A DNA stretch of 62,201 bases, the filler included. It is 17 parts of 17 records of this genome, joined end to end, with 100 filler letters (N's around TTAATTAATTAA, not from the genome) between each part and the next. Parts side by side here need not be neighbours in the genome. Positions count along the whole stretch, not along the records: positions 1 to 3,335 come from SRR16133337_45253; positions 3,436 to 5,820 come from SRR16133337_45832; positions 5,921 to 8,997 come from SRR16133337_46452; positions 9,098 to 11,552 come from SRR16133337_46517; positions 11,653 to 13,762 come from SRR16133337_46537; 12 more parts are not named here. One strand, 5' to 3'. How positions within the stretch are numbered: position 1 is the stretch's first letter; every line of letters begins with the position of its first letter. Shown one piece after another: positions 1-11,711 of the stretch. Under the pieces are notes generated by a model, which was not told the DNA's origin, ran no database searches, and saw nothing but the letters and a program-made list of their open reading frames with translations. The position numbers were made by a program, and so were the translations under genes.

Positions 1-40
1 TTCAACAATTCAACAATTCCACAATTCAACTAATTCCACA
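1..40. repeat. Degenerate 8-bp tandem repeat (TTCAACAA/TTCCACAA) downstream of wzc
   Basis: ttcaacaa ttcaacaa ttccacaa ttcaactaa ttccaca; the reverse complement recurs at 41584-41614. Confidence 0.75.
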
Positions 41-63
41 TCTTTCTTAAGCCTCCTTAAAAA

Positions 64-2439
64 TTAGGATTTGAATATGGATTTCCACCAAGGTAAGGGT
101 GGATTTTTTCCATAACCATAAGATCCGTAGGTCCCTTTGCCAGAACTCTTTTTAGAATCAGAGGCATTGATTAGCATGGCCATATTCGGCAAATGTTTGT
201 CTTTGTATAAACTTTGAGGCATTGCCAAGAGACGCTTATCCAAGTAACCTGCTCTTGCAACATAGACAAATAAATCTGCGTATTTACTAATCAGTAAAGT
301 ATCTGTTACAAGGCTTACAGGAGCGGTATCTACAACGATATAATCGTAGCTCTTTTTTAATTTTGAGAAAAATTCTTCTATTCTAGGACTCAAGAGTAAC
401 TCCGCTGGGTTTGGAGGAATTACCCCTGAAGGATAGATGTCTAAGTGATCATATCCTTTAAAAGAAGATTTAAAATCTTCTATTTCTATCGCAGTATCTT
501 TGATGTAATTTGTAATTCCTTTTGATTTTGAAACTCCTGTATATGCTGTTATTTTTGGAGCTCTTAAATCCATCCCTACCAAGGCTACTTTTTTACCTGA
601 AAGTGCCAAAGTACAGGCTAAATTTAGAGCGATAAAAGATTTTCCTTCACCACTCTTTGTAGAAGTTACAAAAATAGATTTACAGTTGTCTTCAACATCC
701 GTTAATAGAAACCCTAAATTGGTACGCAACAAACGGAATGCTTCCGTGACACTAGAACGATCTCCTTCTTTTACAAAAATATTCTCTTTGGAGTCTTTGA
801 TTGGAATATCTCCTAGAATGGGTATAGACACCCTTTCCTCTAGATCTTTACGAGTATGTAACTTGGTATCTAACAATTCCTTTAGATAAAGGATGGTAAA
901 AGGAATTAATAATCCTAGTAATAAACCTGCTAACAAAACTATTTTTCGTTTTGGAGAAACGGGATCTTTAGAACTATAAGCCCTGTCAATCACTTTAGAA
1001 TTTGCCGTGGTTACCGCCAAAGAAATCGCATTTTCTTCTTGTTTTTGTAGCAAATACAAATACAAGGCTTCTTTAATCCCTTGTTGCCTTGCTATATTTT
1101 TGTATTCTCTTTCTTTTCTGGGAAAACTGGCCATTTTTGCGGTAATGCGATGGTCTTGTTTGTTCAGTTCTTTTAAGGTAATCTGTAAAGACGTTTTTAA
1201 ATTGACCAAACTTTCCTTTAGACTTCGCTGGAAACTGAGCAATTGTGCCTCCAAATTTTGAACAAGTGGATTGCTAAGGCTAGAGTTTCTCAAAATCTTA
1301 TTTCTTTCTAAAACTACTTCATTGTATTGTGCTGTTAAAAGGGCAATAGAAGGGTCTGAAAAACCAATGTTTGCGGGAATCAAATCAAAAGAAGTTCCCT
1401 GTTGCTTGATATAGTCCTCCATAAACTCTACCAGCTTCATTTGAGTGGTAGCCTCAAACAATTGCTTTTCACTTTCACCTACGGATGCAAAAAAATGGTT
1501 GGCTTCTCCTTCCATACCCGTTAATTTGTTTTCTTTTTTATAGGTTTCTGCCTCTTTATCAACAATCGCTAACTCCTCCTTTATAATTTCTAAACGATTC
1601 TTAATAAATTGAGCGGTGTTTTCTCCAACTTCACTCTTATCGTGAATCGCTTCGTTGTTGTAATTTTTGACCAAGGTATTTAAAATAGCCATGCCTTTCT
1701 TTTTAACCGCATGCTTGATCGATAATTTTAAGACACTGGATTCTTTCTCTATAGGTTCTACTTGAATGGCTTTTACCAATCCCTCAATCACATTTTGGAT
1801 AGGTTTTATCTTGATTTTAATCTCTTTTTCAAGGATTTCTTTTTTGTCATAGGTTGTTTGAACTATTAAAAATTTGAAATCCTCCATAAAAAACTCCTTT
1901 CCAAAGTCAATTTTTGAAATCGGTGTTTTATCTGCATCAGACAATTCAAAAGTTGTTTCAGATAAAACCGTCACATAAAAGGTGGTGTCTAATTTTTGAA
2001 AAAGTACCTCTTCTTTTAAGCATTTTAATCGAATGGGAAGTTGTTGCTCATAAATTTCTGATTCTTTGATGCTTGCTTTCTCAAAATACGAAATATTTAA
2101 CTCCAAATCTTTGACAATACTTTCTGCCAAACTTCTAGACTTTAGCAATTGAATTTCATTTTCAAGGGAGCTACCTCCTCCTCCACTTAATAAACCTAAG
2201 TCTTGAAAAGCAGAGAGTTCTGAACTAAAAGAACTGTCATCATCTTTGATTAAAATGGTGGTTGAAACCTCATATTGTGGGGTTGTATATCTCAAGAATA
2301 AAAATGCCAATACCAATGCTAAAAAACCACTTAGGACAAACCATTTCCAATGAACCAAGTATTTTTCTAATTCGTCTCTTAAATTCAACGAGGCTTCAAA
2401 CTCCTCTTGAAGATTGTAATTAGGTTTAGAGGTATTCAT
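64..2439 (-). CDS. wzc: Polysaccharide co-polymerase / BY-kinase (Wzc/GumC family)
   Basis: 791 aa; two TM segments flanking a coiled periplasmic region; Walker A VTSTKSGEGKS, DLRAP, Walker B IVVDTAP; C-terminal Tyr cluster YGSYGYG; next to wza. Confidence 0.93.
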   Translation of the reverse strand: MNTSKPNYNLQEEFEASLNLRDELEKYLVHWKWFVLSGFLALVLAFLFLRYTTPQYEVSTTILIKDDDSSFSSELSAFQDLGLLSGGGGSSLENEIQLLKSRSLAESIVKDLELNISYFEKASIKESEIYEQQLPIRLKCLKEEVLFQKLDTTFYVTVLSETTFELSDADKTPISKIDFGKEFFMEDFKFLIVQTTYDKKEILEKEIKIKIKPIQNVIEGLVKAIQVEPIEKESSVLKLSIKHAVKKKGMAILNTLVKNYNNEAIHDKSEVGENTAQFIKNRLEIIKEELAIVDKEAETYKKENKLTGMEGEANHFFASVGESEKQLFEATTQMKLVEFMEDYIKQQGTSFDLIPANIGFSDPSIALLTAQYNEVVLERNKILRNSSLSNPLVQNLEAQLLSFQRSLKESLVNLKTSLQITLKELNKQDHRITAKMASFPRKEREYKNIARQQGIKEALYLYLLQKQEENAISLAVTTANSKVIDRAYSSKDPVSPKRKIVLLAGLLLGLLIPFTILYLKELLDTKLHTRKDLEERVSIPILGDIPIKDSKENIFVKEGDRSSVTEAFRLLRTNLGFLLTDVEDNCKSIFVTSTKSGEGKSFIALNLACTLALSGKKVALVGMDLRAPKITAYTGVSKSKGITNYIKDTAIEIEDFKSSFKGYDHLDIYPSGVIPPNPAELLLSPRIEEFFSKLKKSYDYIVVDTAPVSLVTDTLLISKYADLFVYVARAGYLDKRLLAMPQSLYKDKHLPNMAMLINASDSKKSSGKGTYGSYGYGKNPPLPWWKSIFKS

Positions 2440-2446
2440 AAGTTAA

Positions 2447-3217
2447 TTATCTTAATGTTATGGAGATTACTGTTAGCAACAAAGAAACGGCTGATATCAC
2501 AATTCCATTGGTAGAACTGTTTGTAGAGGAATTGATTTTGGGTTGGTTGGGTTCTACATACACCACATCATTTTGTTGTAAGTAATACACTGGGGAATCA
2601 AAAATCGTTGGAGATGTTAAATCAATTCGTTCGTATACTTTTCCTTGTGCGGTTTCTCTGATCACCAAGACGTTTTGACGAGTTCCATAAATGGTTAAAT
2701 CTCTTGCCAATCCTAAAGCTTCCAAAATACTTATCCGTTCATTCTTTACGGGATAAGTACCTGGATTATTTACCTCTCCCAATACCGTAACTTTAAAATT
2801 TAACAACTGTATACTCACAATAGGATCTACCAAAAAAGGGGCTAATTTTTCTTTGAACATCTGAATTGCCTGTAAACGGGTAAGCCCTGCCAAATGGAGC
2901 GTCCCCAATTGCGGAAATTCAATCGTCCCATCTTTCGCGATCAAATAGGTTTGCAATTGTTGAGTTCCTGTTGCAGAAAGACCTGTCGCATTAAAAGAAG
3001 CTACCGGTAAATTAAAAGGCAAAGCGGCAACATTGTCTAAAGAAGATATGGTGATAGACAACTGATCGTCTGCTTTTAATACAGGAGTGTAATTCTGGTT
3101 TGACTTTTCACTTACTTCGTCTATCCCTTGAAAATAAACCAAATCTTTTTTGGAGGCACAGGAGCAAAAGAGTAAAAAAATTGCTGTCAAAGACAGCATC
3201 GTTTGTGATTGCTTCAT
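2447..3217 (-). CDS. wza: Polysaccharide export lipoprotein (Wza family)
   Basis: Lipobox FCSC; YLIAKDGTIEFPQLG, VTVLGEVNNPG, LQQNDVVYV motifs; ATG 3217 preferred over TTG 3235. Confidence 0.92.
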   Translation of the reverse strand: MKQSQTMLSLTAIFLLFCSCASKKDLVYFQGIDEVSEKSNQNYTPVLKADDQLSITISSLDNVAALPFNLPVASFNATGLSATGTQQLQTYLIAKDGTIEFPQLGTLHLAGLTRLQAIQMFKEKLAPFLVDPIVSIQLLNFKVTVLGEVNNPGTYPVKNERISILEALGLARDLTIYGTRQNVLVIRETAQGKVYERIDLTSPTIFDSPVYYLQQNDVVYVEPNQPKINSSTNSSTNGIVISAVSLLLTVISITLR

Positions 3218-3285
3218 TAAAAATATTTTTTGCAAATGTATAAGAATTATTTTGGAATTGGGAGTTTTTTTGTTTCTTTTTTGAT

Positions 3286-3335
3286 GGTGATGCGGTGAAA
3301 CCGTAATGCGGTGATGCGGTGAAACGGTGATGCGG
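3286..3335. repeat. 8-bp tandem repeat (GGTGATGC/GGTGAAAC) x6 at contig end
   Basis: ggtgatgc ggtgaaac cgtaatgc ggtgatgc ggtgaaac ggtgatgc gg. Confidence 0.8.
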
Positions 3336-3435
3336 NNNNNNNNNNNNNNNNNNNNNNNNNNNNNNNNNNNNNNNNNNNNTTAATTAATTAANNNNNNNNN
3401 NNNNNNNNNNNNNNNNNNNNNNNNNNNNNNNNNNN
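3336..3435. other. Artificial contig linker (first of 16)
   Basis: Identical 100-bp N44-TTAATTAATTAA-N44 (stops in all six frames) starting at 3336, 5821, 8998, 11553, 13763, 16113, 25190, 27679, 32209, 35311, 37922, 41687, 46216, 52957, 57651, 59783. Confidence 0.99.
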
Positions 3436-3733
3436 TGACTAGCGCACGCTAAGAATTAAAACTTTATGTCTAATTAAACGAAACTTTCGTTGGCAAGCGT
3501 AGGACATTTCCCCGTTTGAAACAAGTTGTGGTTTCACATGTTCGAACGTTAGGGCTTGCGACAAAAGAATATATTTATGGAACAAATTTACAGCTAAACA
3601 AATTTTGTAAAAATTAAAACAAAAGCGTTTCCATAAATTTGTAAAAATTAAAACAAAAAAATCGAACATCGACTTTGCATCCCCTCAACAGAGTTTAAAT
3701 CTTTTATAATTTGAATAGGTATTTGAACTATAC

Positions 3734-5801
3734 CTCGTGCCACGAATCTTCCATTCCATTTCCTCCAACTGTCTCCTTTTCATCACTTTGTTCACTGTCA
3801 CTCGATTTTTGTGAATTTGATTTTGAAAGATGTTCGAGCGAACTTTTTAGTTTTGATCCCTTGCGATTTGGTTCCACCTCTTTCTTCACTTCGATTTTTT
3901 CAAAATACGTTGGATCACCCTCCCATTGAATATTGTAAAGTGCACTCATGAACCGATCTTCGTTTATATCGATGTGTGGGTCGGTGAGAAGAATTTTCTG
4001 AATCATTTTTTGATCGAGTTGCGTGAGTTGATGTTCATGATTTGAGAGAATGACAATCGCCGTGCGAACAAGGATCGAATCACCTTCAGAAAAAAATCTA
4101 AAAACAATTCGTTAAACGCAGTGTTACAAAAAGTGATGCATTTCCAATAAACGAATATACAGTGTCTACGGAGTAAGAACCACACCCGCCACATCCTATT
4201 GACGAGTTTTAGGGTCTGTTTTGTAGGGAGGGTGGGTGGGGCGTAATACAAAACATATTTTTAGCGTAAATTCTTTGTAAAAAAATCTAAAGAGGAAAAT
4301 GTTCAATTTTTCGTAAGGAAATTGCATAAAATATGTTTGTTGAAAAAAAATGTAATCTCCAGTCGTTCAAGTGCTCTGGACTACGTTTTTCGAGTAACCC
4401 ACTCTACTACCTCTGCCCCTCAACTCCCCACACACCTACACCCGTCCATATTTTGAGAAAAAATCGACCCTTAAGAGTTGGAGAGAGGAGGAGCTTGATA
4501 AGATATATCACGTGCTATGTTTTCGGATGTGTAAAATGTCGTAATACAAAATACAAAAATAATGAGAGGATACAACCTCAATCCTACCATGTGTGTTTCG
4601 AAATTTTGAGGGATGGCGTTCAAGACGGACGAAATCACAAAATCGTTTTCCTGCACTGGTAACGAAAGTTGGTTAAATTATTAGATTTGTTACCACCACA
4701 AGCGAATTTGGCTTTTTGTGACTGCGTGGAAATAAGCAACGTTGGTGCCATTGCAAAAATTCGGGAGTTGTTGAATTTCTGCAGCTGAATGCTTGGTAAA
4801 CCATGTTCAAACGCGAGTCTCCACCCACACTCGACACGTTTTCGTGTTTGTATCATTTTAAAATCAAAAACGTTTCTTTCGAACCTAGCATCCTCTAAAC
4901 ACATACTCCATCTTCTCCAACACGCTGTGTAGCTGGATGGCCTAGATACTTGAAAATAAAAAAGACACTTTGGCCAATGATGCTCTTGATTTTAAACATA
5001 GACATAGCAACCGAAAAAAAAATCACAATAGTCAATTAGGACGAAAAAGTACTTACGCGTCCCACACACGGCTTGCAAGAGGGAATGGTAGAGGTTGAGT
5101 GAAGAGAGTTAGAACCCAGTTTATGAAGAACGTATCTGACTGAACATTTTGCTTTTGAAAGTGCTTGTAGACGAACGGAAGATTTTCTCTGAACTTTTGA
5201 TCAAAAACCTAAAAATACACGCATAAAAGAACGTTAAAAACATGTTTATATTGAATCATCTTCACGATAAGGCAATCTAGTTTATGTGTGTCTCAATAAT
5301 GCTACAATGCAATCATTTTTAAATAAACAAGAATCGCACACGATCCATCAAATCCAACCTGCGTGTTAAAGTGTCCGAGGGAAACTTGCTTGTAATGAAA
5401 TAAAGTAAGTATAACTTAGGCGTCAGGATGACCGTACTTAGCAGTACTGACACCCACCACAGCAACACACTACAATTAACAAATTTGAATTTAATATGAT
5501 TTTTGGATTTCGTAAGACGAAATTATTGCCCAAACGTGGAAAATTCTCCAGACCTCTTTGTTGCTCCAAAAAATTCTTTTACATGTGTAGTAAAATATTT
5601 TTCATTAATCATGCTGAACACACACATATTCATTTTATTTTATTTTTTGAAAACAAAATGTACAAGACAGAACTAAAGTTCAGACATATTTACCATCGAA
5701 AGCTCAAGAACATGTTGAAAGTTCCCCGTTGGTAAAAATATTCCTGTTGGAAGATTAACAAGATTGACCAATGCGATGAATGCAGTTTCTGGGTTCATAT
5801 A
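3734..5801 (-). CDS. Eukaryotic TBC/RabGAP-domain protein (TBC1D12/14-like), partial; exons 5694-5801, 5057-5208, 3734-4097
   Basis: GT-AG introns with matching phases (0, 2); spliced product YMNPETAFIALVNL...FRENLPFVYKHFQKQNVQSDTFFINWVLTLFTQPLPFPLASRVWDAFFSEGDSILVRTAIVIL matches the C-terminal half of the TBC domain. Confidence 0.88.
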
Positions 5802-6039
5802 CTAAAGAACAGACACATTANNNNNNNNNNNNNNNNNNNNNNNNNNNNNNNNNNNNNNNNNNNNTTAATTAATTAANNNNNNNNNNNNNNNNNNNNNNNN
5901 NNNNNNNNNNNNNNNNNNNNACATGAAAACATTAACATTCAATGAGCAAGCAAATTCCCTGAACACAAAATTTTCCATATTTCTCTCAAAGATTGCTCGA
6001 TATGTCGTATTCTCAAAAACACAAAAAAACCCTAAATAC

Positions 6040-8465
6040 CTGTCCAAATGCAATTTGACAAATTCCATCAAAAGTTGCCCTTGCGAATATATCTTGAATA
6101 TCAACCGCATCTATTTAAAACAAAATGAAATTCCATTTTTCAGCGTTAAAAGGAGTGTGTGTGTGAGTGTGTGTGTGTGGTGAATAAAAATTCGATTTTC
6201 TGTTAAATCATGAATGCTAAGATATATGTTGTGTGTGTGCACCTACTCTTACCAGAAATAAATGAAATACATTACAGAAAATAAAAATTATAAGAAAATA
6301 ATAACGCTTCAAGGATAAAAGACACCCAATATAAAAAGCTACTTCTACGAAAAAGATAATTTAAAAACACACCTGTGATTTGGAGTGGAAACATGAAAAA
6401 TTCTTTTTGTGCGGATTCTAAGTACAGTAACTCGTTTTGCTTATTTTACCTTCAAATTGTTCATTTCGAACCGTGCTTTTGTTGTTAATTAAAATGTTCA
6501 ATTTGGTGCACCACATGTATGTAATTTTTCAACTTTTTCGCAGAAAACATTTTTCAATTAAAATTTAATTTCAAAATTGAAAATTGCGAAAAAATTAAAT
6601 GCATAAACAATAAAAAAACAGGCAAGTTCCCTGAATGCCAAATAAAACATTTTCACATGATTGTGAACAATTACTGTACAAAAAATCCCAGCAAATCTTG
6701 GGGCAAGATAAGAAAAAAAAGGAAGATCTATCATATAACTAAAATTCACTAAGTACCTCCTCCATAAGTCGGACTGTGCTCATCAAATGCGTTTTCTATC
6801 GTATTTACTATACTTATAAGATCATCCTTTTCTATCATGGGTCTAAATAATCCGATCGAGAGGTACTTGTCATTAGTTTTCATATTGTAGAGTGTCATGA
6901 GATCCGAATGTCCGTATTTTTCAAACAATTCGACGTACTTTCTAAATCCGTTGCGTGAAAGGAGAATTTCGCAATTCAACGTGTCTACAGACAACATACC
7001 TGAGTGTTGGGGAAATGATTTTTTTCTCACTACATCTGTGATTCTAACGGACCGACAACTGTATGTAACTACTCGCGGACGAACGACACAAAAATTCAAA
7101 ATTTTCACGTTGTTTTAAAAAAAATTGACAATTTTTCATTTGTCAACAATTAAATACAAGTTTTATGCTAGATGGAAAAGACTCTTTGGGTGTCCAAGGG
7201 GTTGTATTTTGAAAGTGTGTCAAATTTTTCACACGTTTACGCTTTTTCAAACTTTAGTACTAACTCTGCGACCAGAATTATACTTTTGTGAGATGTTTCG
7301 AACGTAATATGATTTTTTCTTCAATCTCATATATTTCTGAATATACCTGCTATTCCTTGCCCGAATTACGACACGAGTGAAAAGTCAAAGCATATTTACA
7401 AAACCGACACTCCGTTAAAAAATGTATCATACAACCCAGCTAGGGACTAAATTCTCAATAATATTCAATTGGAAAGCAAAAATAAATATAATATGTCGGT
7501 GATAGAGAGTGTGATAGTGAGTATTTGACTAAAAGCTAGTCGAATATTTCGTCTTAAAAAGTGCATAACAAGTTTGAAAGATTAAGCAAGACTTGAAAAC
7601 TAGAATGGAAAACAAACATTTTTTCTCCAACAAATCATAATTTTGCGCACCAGATGACCTCCACATACTGTACATTTGAATTTTTCGCTCTCAATCGACA
7701 GCAAAAAGCATTTCTTGCGAAGCCTTGTAAGTTACATACCTTTTCCTGAACCTTCTGCATGAAGTTTGAGTCTCTTCACAATTTTCTCCCCACATTCAAT
7801 GAATGAAGGAAACATCGTTTCTCGAAGCATTCGGTGTGAAAACATATATGAAAATAATTTACGTTGGCGTCTCCATTCAGTGCCTGAAGAACAAAACAAA
7901 ATATTTGTTATTTCCAAATAAATACGACTACAAAAAATGCGTTTGGTTTGGAAGCCATATAACAGAGATATCGTTAAACTGTCCACAACAAAAGCAGGGT
8001 GATAAATTTCCTAAATTTCACGCGTTATATTTGCCGTTCGCGCAGGAAAATATAAGAAGTTATTAGTACGAATTTTGCATTCCTGCATAAAAGGGTGGTT
8101 TGATATAAGAAAATGTTATTTATTACGATTGTGTTGTGCAGTTATAAAAATATAAAAAGACTCGAGGAGCCCTAAAAAAAATTTGAGGTCGAGAAAAGGC
8201 CACGTTATTTTTTCGTAGTTGTACACGTCTTTGAAAGCAAGTAGGATGGTTGAGTTACTGGCGGAGATGGTCATATAAATCAGTGTTTTATTTCTGGAAT
8301 GCTGTTTTTTTGTATCACGTAGATGGTGTTTGTTAATCTGTTGGTGGATGTATTACCATCAGATGCGAAAATTCCATCGCCAAATAATTCGACACCCATT
8401 TCACGCGCCTTACTGTCACGAGGAGAATTCAAATATTTGTTGAATTGCTTTTCAAATACCCATTC
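6040..8465 (-). CDS. Eukaryotic cytochrome P450 (resembles CYP86/CYP704-type), partial; exons 8357-8465, 7740-7883, 6040-6110
   Basis: Phase-1 GT-AG junctions give ELFGDGIFASDGTEWRRQRKLFSYMFS...DAVDIQDIFARATFDGICQIAFGQ (C-helix WxxxR and E-helix motifs). Confidence 0.88.
6749..7108 (-). CDS. Hypothetical ORF with a SAM-domain-like segment, inside a P450 intron
   Basis: 119-aa ORF; LLSRNGFRKYVELFEKYGHSDLMTLYNM..D.YLSIGL resembles the SAM pattern L..(I)G...Y...F...G...L..L..L...D....G. Confidence 0.3.
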   Translation of the reverse strand: MKILNFCVVRPRVVTYSCRSVRITDVVRKKSFPQHSGMLSVDTLNCEILLSRNGFRKYVELFEKYGHSDLMTLYNMKTNDKYLSIGLFRPMIEKDDLISIVNTIENAFDEHSPTYGGGT

Positions 8466-9097
8466 CTATGAACAAACAACAAGAAACAAAAAAATCAGAT
8501 TCCGTTCGATTTAAACATAAAATATCAAAACGGGCGTAGAAATGCTCATTAAACTTGAGACGCACAGCACATATCAATCATTCCACTCGCACATGTCCCA
8601 AAAGCACCTCTCATCCTTCGAAATTTGAAAATGCAGAAATGTGTGATAACTCTCGAACAGGAACATTTGTTCTTCTTTAAAAACATGTTTAGCAAGTTCA
8701 TCGCATTTTTTCAAGAAATTCAGGTTGGTTTACATGATTTTTTGTGAAATCTCATCGAAATTTGTGAATGTCATCATATTGTGCGATATCAGTGAAATGG
8801 ATTTGCTTTTCATCATTTTTTTATGAAAATTCGCAGGAAATTGTGAGTTTCGTGTAAACATTTAACGTACAATTTTTCATCAAATAACAACCCCATCAAC
8901 ACACGCCACTCTCCCACTCATCATCAAAACCGAAAATTTCTGAATTTTTAAACTTCACCTGTAACCACTCACCACACCACACCACTCCGCGTCCTCTNNN
9001 NNNNNNNNNNNNNNNNNNNNNNNNNNNNNNNNNNNNNNNNNTTAATTAATTAANNNNNNNNNNNNNNNNNNNNNNNNNNNNNNNNNNNNNNNNNNNN

Positions 9098-11552
9098 TTA
9101 CCTATGTTGTTTAAGGGGGCATTAACCAAATGAATAAAAGACCAAATGACGGTGTGCCTAATGGAAAGTCTAGGAAGAAGCGTAGAAGGATGACCGGCGG
9201 AGCTCCAATGCCTAGTGCGGGAGATGTCGGCGCATGTGACGTGTACAGCGTAAACCGTAAGGGCAGCTGTGCACTGATAAATCCTGATATGCTTACCTCT
9301 GAAACTTTAAGCAGGGTGCCAGGTGCAAAAGAGGTGCTTGGCGTGAAACTTACTTATACAATAATCCTGAGTCCAACTCCGGATACTTCAGCGGTCTGGA
9401 ATGCTATCCAGAAACTCGCTTGCAGGGATCAGATCCTTTCCGTTAAGAAACGTGAAAACGGTTTCCACACATGTTTTGTTGTTGAGTGTGCGGAGGAACT
9501 GGATCCCATTGTGCGGGGTAAGCTGAAGACTGAATTATCGAATGAATTATCGGTGTTTGCGACTATCGTCGAGACAAGGAAGAAGTCCGCTCGGGCATCT
9601 TCTGGACTACACTCGCCCTATAACCACCATTTAGGTGCTCTACGTATAGTAACGTGGAATATCAATGGTTGGCAGAATAAGCGAGACGAGATTCTTGAGG
9701 CGGCACGTGTCAATGAGTTTGACATCATTGCTCTTCAGGAAACCCGTGTAGGCGAAACGAGCAGACAGAAAGTCGCCGGTAATTTCATATTCCAGAATCT
9801 CAACACTTCCGGGAGACCGGGTAAGCATGGTGTTGGTTTTCTATCCCGAAAACACCTAAGAGTCGAATCTATCGACGTGGGTGTCTGGCTAGAAGGATAC
9901 GTCTTCGGCCTCAGCGTGAAGAATTCGTGCCTAAGTAGCGTGTTGTACTTGTTTAATGTGTACATCCCTCCTAGTTTCTCCTCGGCGAAGCGAAAGATGA
10001 TGTACAAAATGCTACATAGGCGTATACGAAAAATGAGAACAAAAGAATGCCACATAATCGTACTGGGGGACTTTAACGGTCCCATCACCGAGAATGTTGG
10101 CAACCTTGCTCGGTTTCCAAGTAATCGCCGACCGGATAGCCATGGAAATCGGTTTGTTAACGAGACAGATTTACATAGTGCGTATGGACGTGATTACGAA
10201 GAGACCCTGTCTCATAGTGTCCGGGGGAAGCCGTTCAGTTCACTGGACCACATTCTCACGGATATGCGTGTTATCTCTGAAAGTGACCTTCGAGGACTTA
10301 TATGGTCGACACTTGAATGTAGTGATCACTACCCTGTGTCGATAGATATTAATTTCCGAGGCGGACCGAATAGACGCATGAAAAAGATTGACAATAGTCA
10401 ATCAGCGTTTAGGAAGAATGCCGCGAAGATTGGTGTTGAGTTTGAAGCTATGAATCGTTTCTGGATACTTCCGGAGAACGACGCGCAGCGGCAGACGACC
10501 ATCTTCATACAGAAACTAATGTCATGCGCAAGCCCATTTATCGTCAAAGGAAATGCTTGGAGACCTGCGAGCCGGATCCTACCGAATTGGATAGTCAAAA
10601 ACCTACATGCCCGAAAGTTACTGTACCAAAAGATCAAACATCTTCACGGTCCCGAAAAAGAAAGGACTTGGGAAGACCATGTGAAATGGCGGAAACAGGA
10701 CCAATGGGACATAGCCAGGTATAGACACGAGGAAAGTAGGAAACGGGTGGAATTAACTCTCAGGGACCGCCGCGAGAATCCAGCTAAATACTGGAAATCA
10801 TTGAGACAGTTATCTGGGTGCGGGAAATCGCACAGGATAGACCAGGTAAGAGACCAGGATGGAAACCTATGTCGGGAAGGCGAGACTTTCGTCAGGGCCT
10901 TCAGTTCTCATTTTGCACAACTCGGGTCGAAGGGCTATTGCGGTCCGGACAACCAGAGAAGTAAAGTATTACGAGCGAATCAACGAGCGCTAAGTGCCGA
11001 CGCGGATTTCGGGTGTGAAACAATCGGTGTTGCCCCTTTGGAAGGTTTGACAAGGGATATTACGCTCGAAGAACTAACCGATCAGGTGAACAAGCTCGCG
11101 AATGGGAAAGCCCCAGGGCCGGACCAGGTAGTGGGTGAGTTAATAAAGAACTTCGGGCGTAACACTTTGTTAAACTTAAAGACTTTGCTGAATTCCATTA
11201 TCCGAACAAAGCAATATCCGAAGGAGTTTCAGATCGCGGAAATAATCGCTCTTCCTAAGGGTGGTGACAGCCAAGATCTGGGCAATTATCGAGGTATCTC
11301 ACTCGTCAGTGTCCTTGGGAAGCTGTTTACTGGTATCCTCGCAAAACGCCTGTTAACGCAACTGGAGAAGGAGTCTGTCCTCATGGAGGAACAAGCAGGC
11401 TTCCGCTACGGTCGCGAATGCCCAAGCCAGGTGAAAGCTTTGGTGGAAGTCATAATGAGGCGCAGGAGGAAGGGTAAGCGAACGTTAGTAGCCTTTATTG
11501 ATGTGAAGAAGGCATTCGATAGAGTGCCGAGAGAGTTATTGTGGTACGAATG
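9098..11552 (+). mobile_element. Non-LTR retrotransposon (LINE, APE-RT type), truncated at contig end
   Basis: The whole contig is one APE+RT ORF, visibly more GC-rich than neighbouring contigs. Confidence 0.92.
9130..11552 (+). CDS. LINE ORF2-like endonuclease-reverse transcriptase, 3'-truncated
   Basis: APE motifs TWNING, IALQET, NVYIP, LGDFN, LDHIL, SDHYPV; RT motifs KAPGPD, LPKGGD, NYRGISL, QAGFR, FIDVKKAFDRV. Confidence 0.92.
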
Positions 11553-11711
11553 NNNNNNNNNNNNNNNNNNNNNNNNNNNNNNNNNNNNNNNNNNNNTTAA
11601 TTAATTAANNNNNNNNNNNNNNNNNNNNNNNNNNNNNNNNNNNNNNNNNNNNATGGTGTCAAAAGCGAAGGAATGAAAAAAAAGACTGCATGGCATTTCA
11701 AACTCTTTTAC

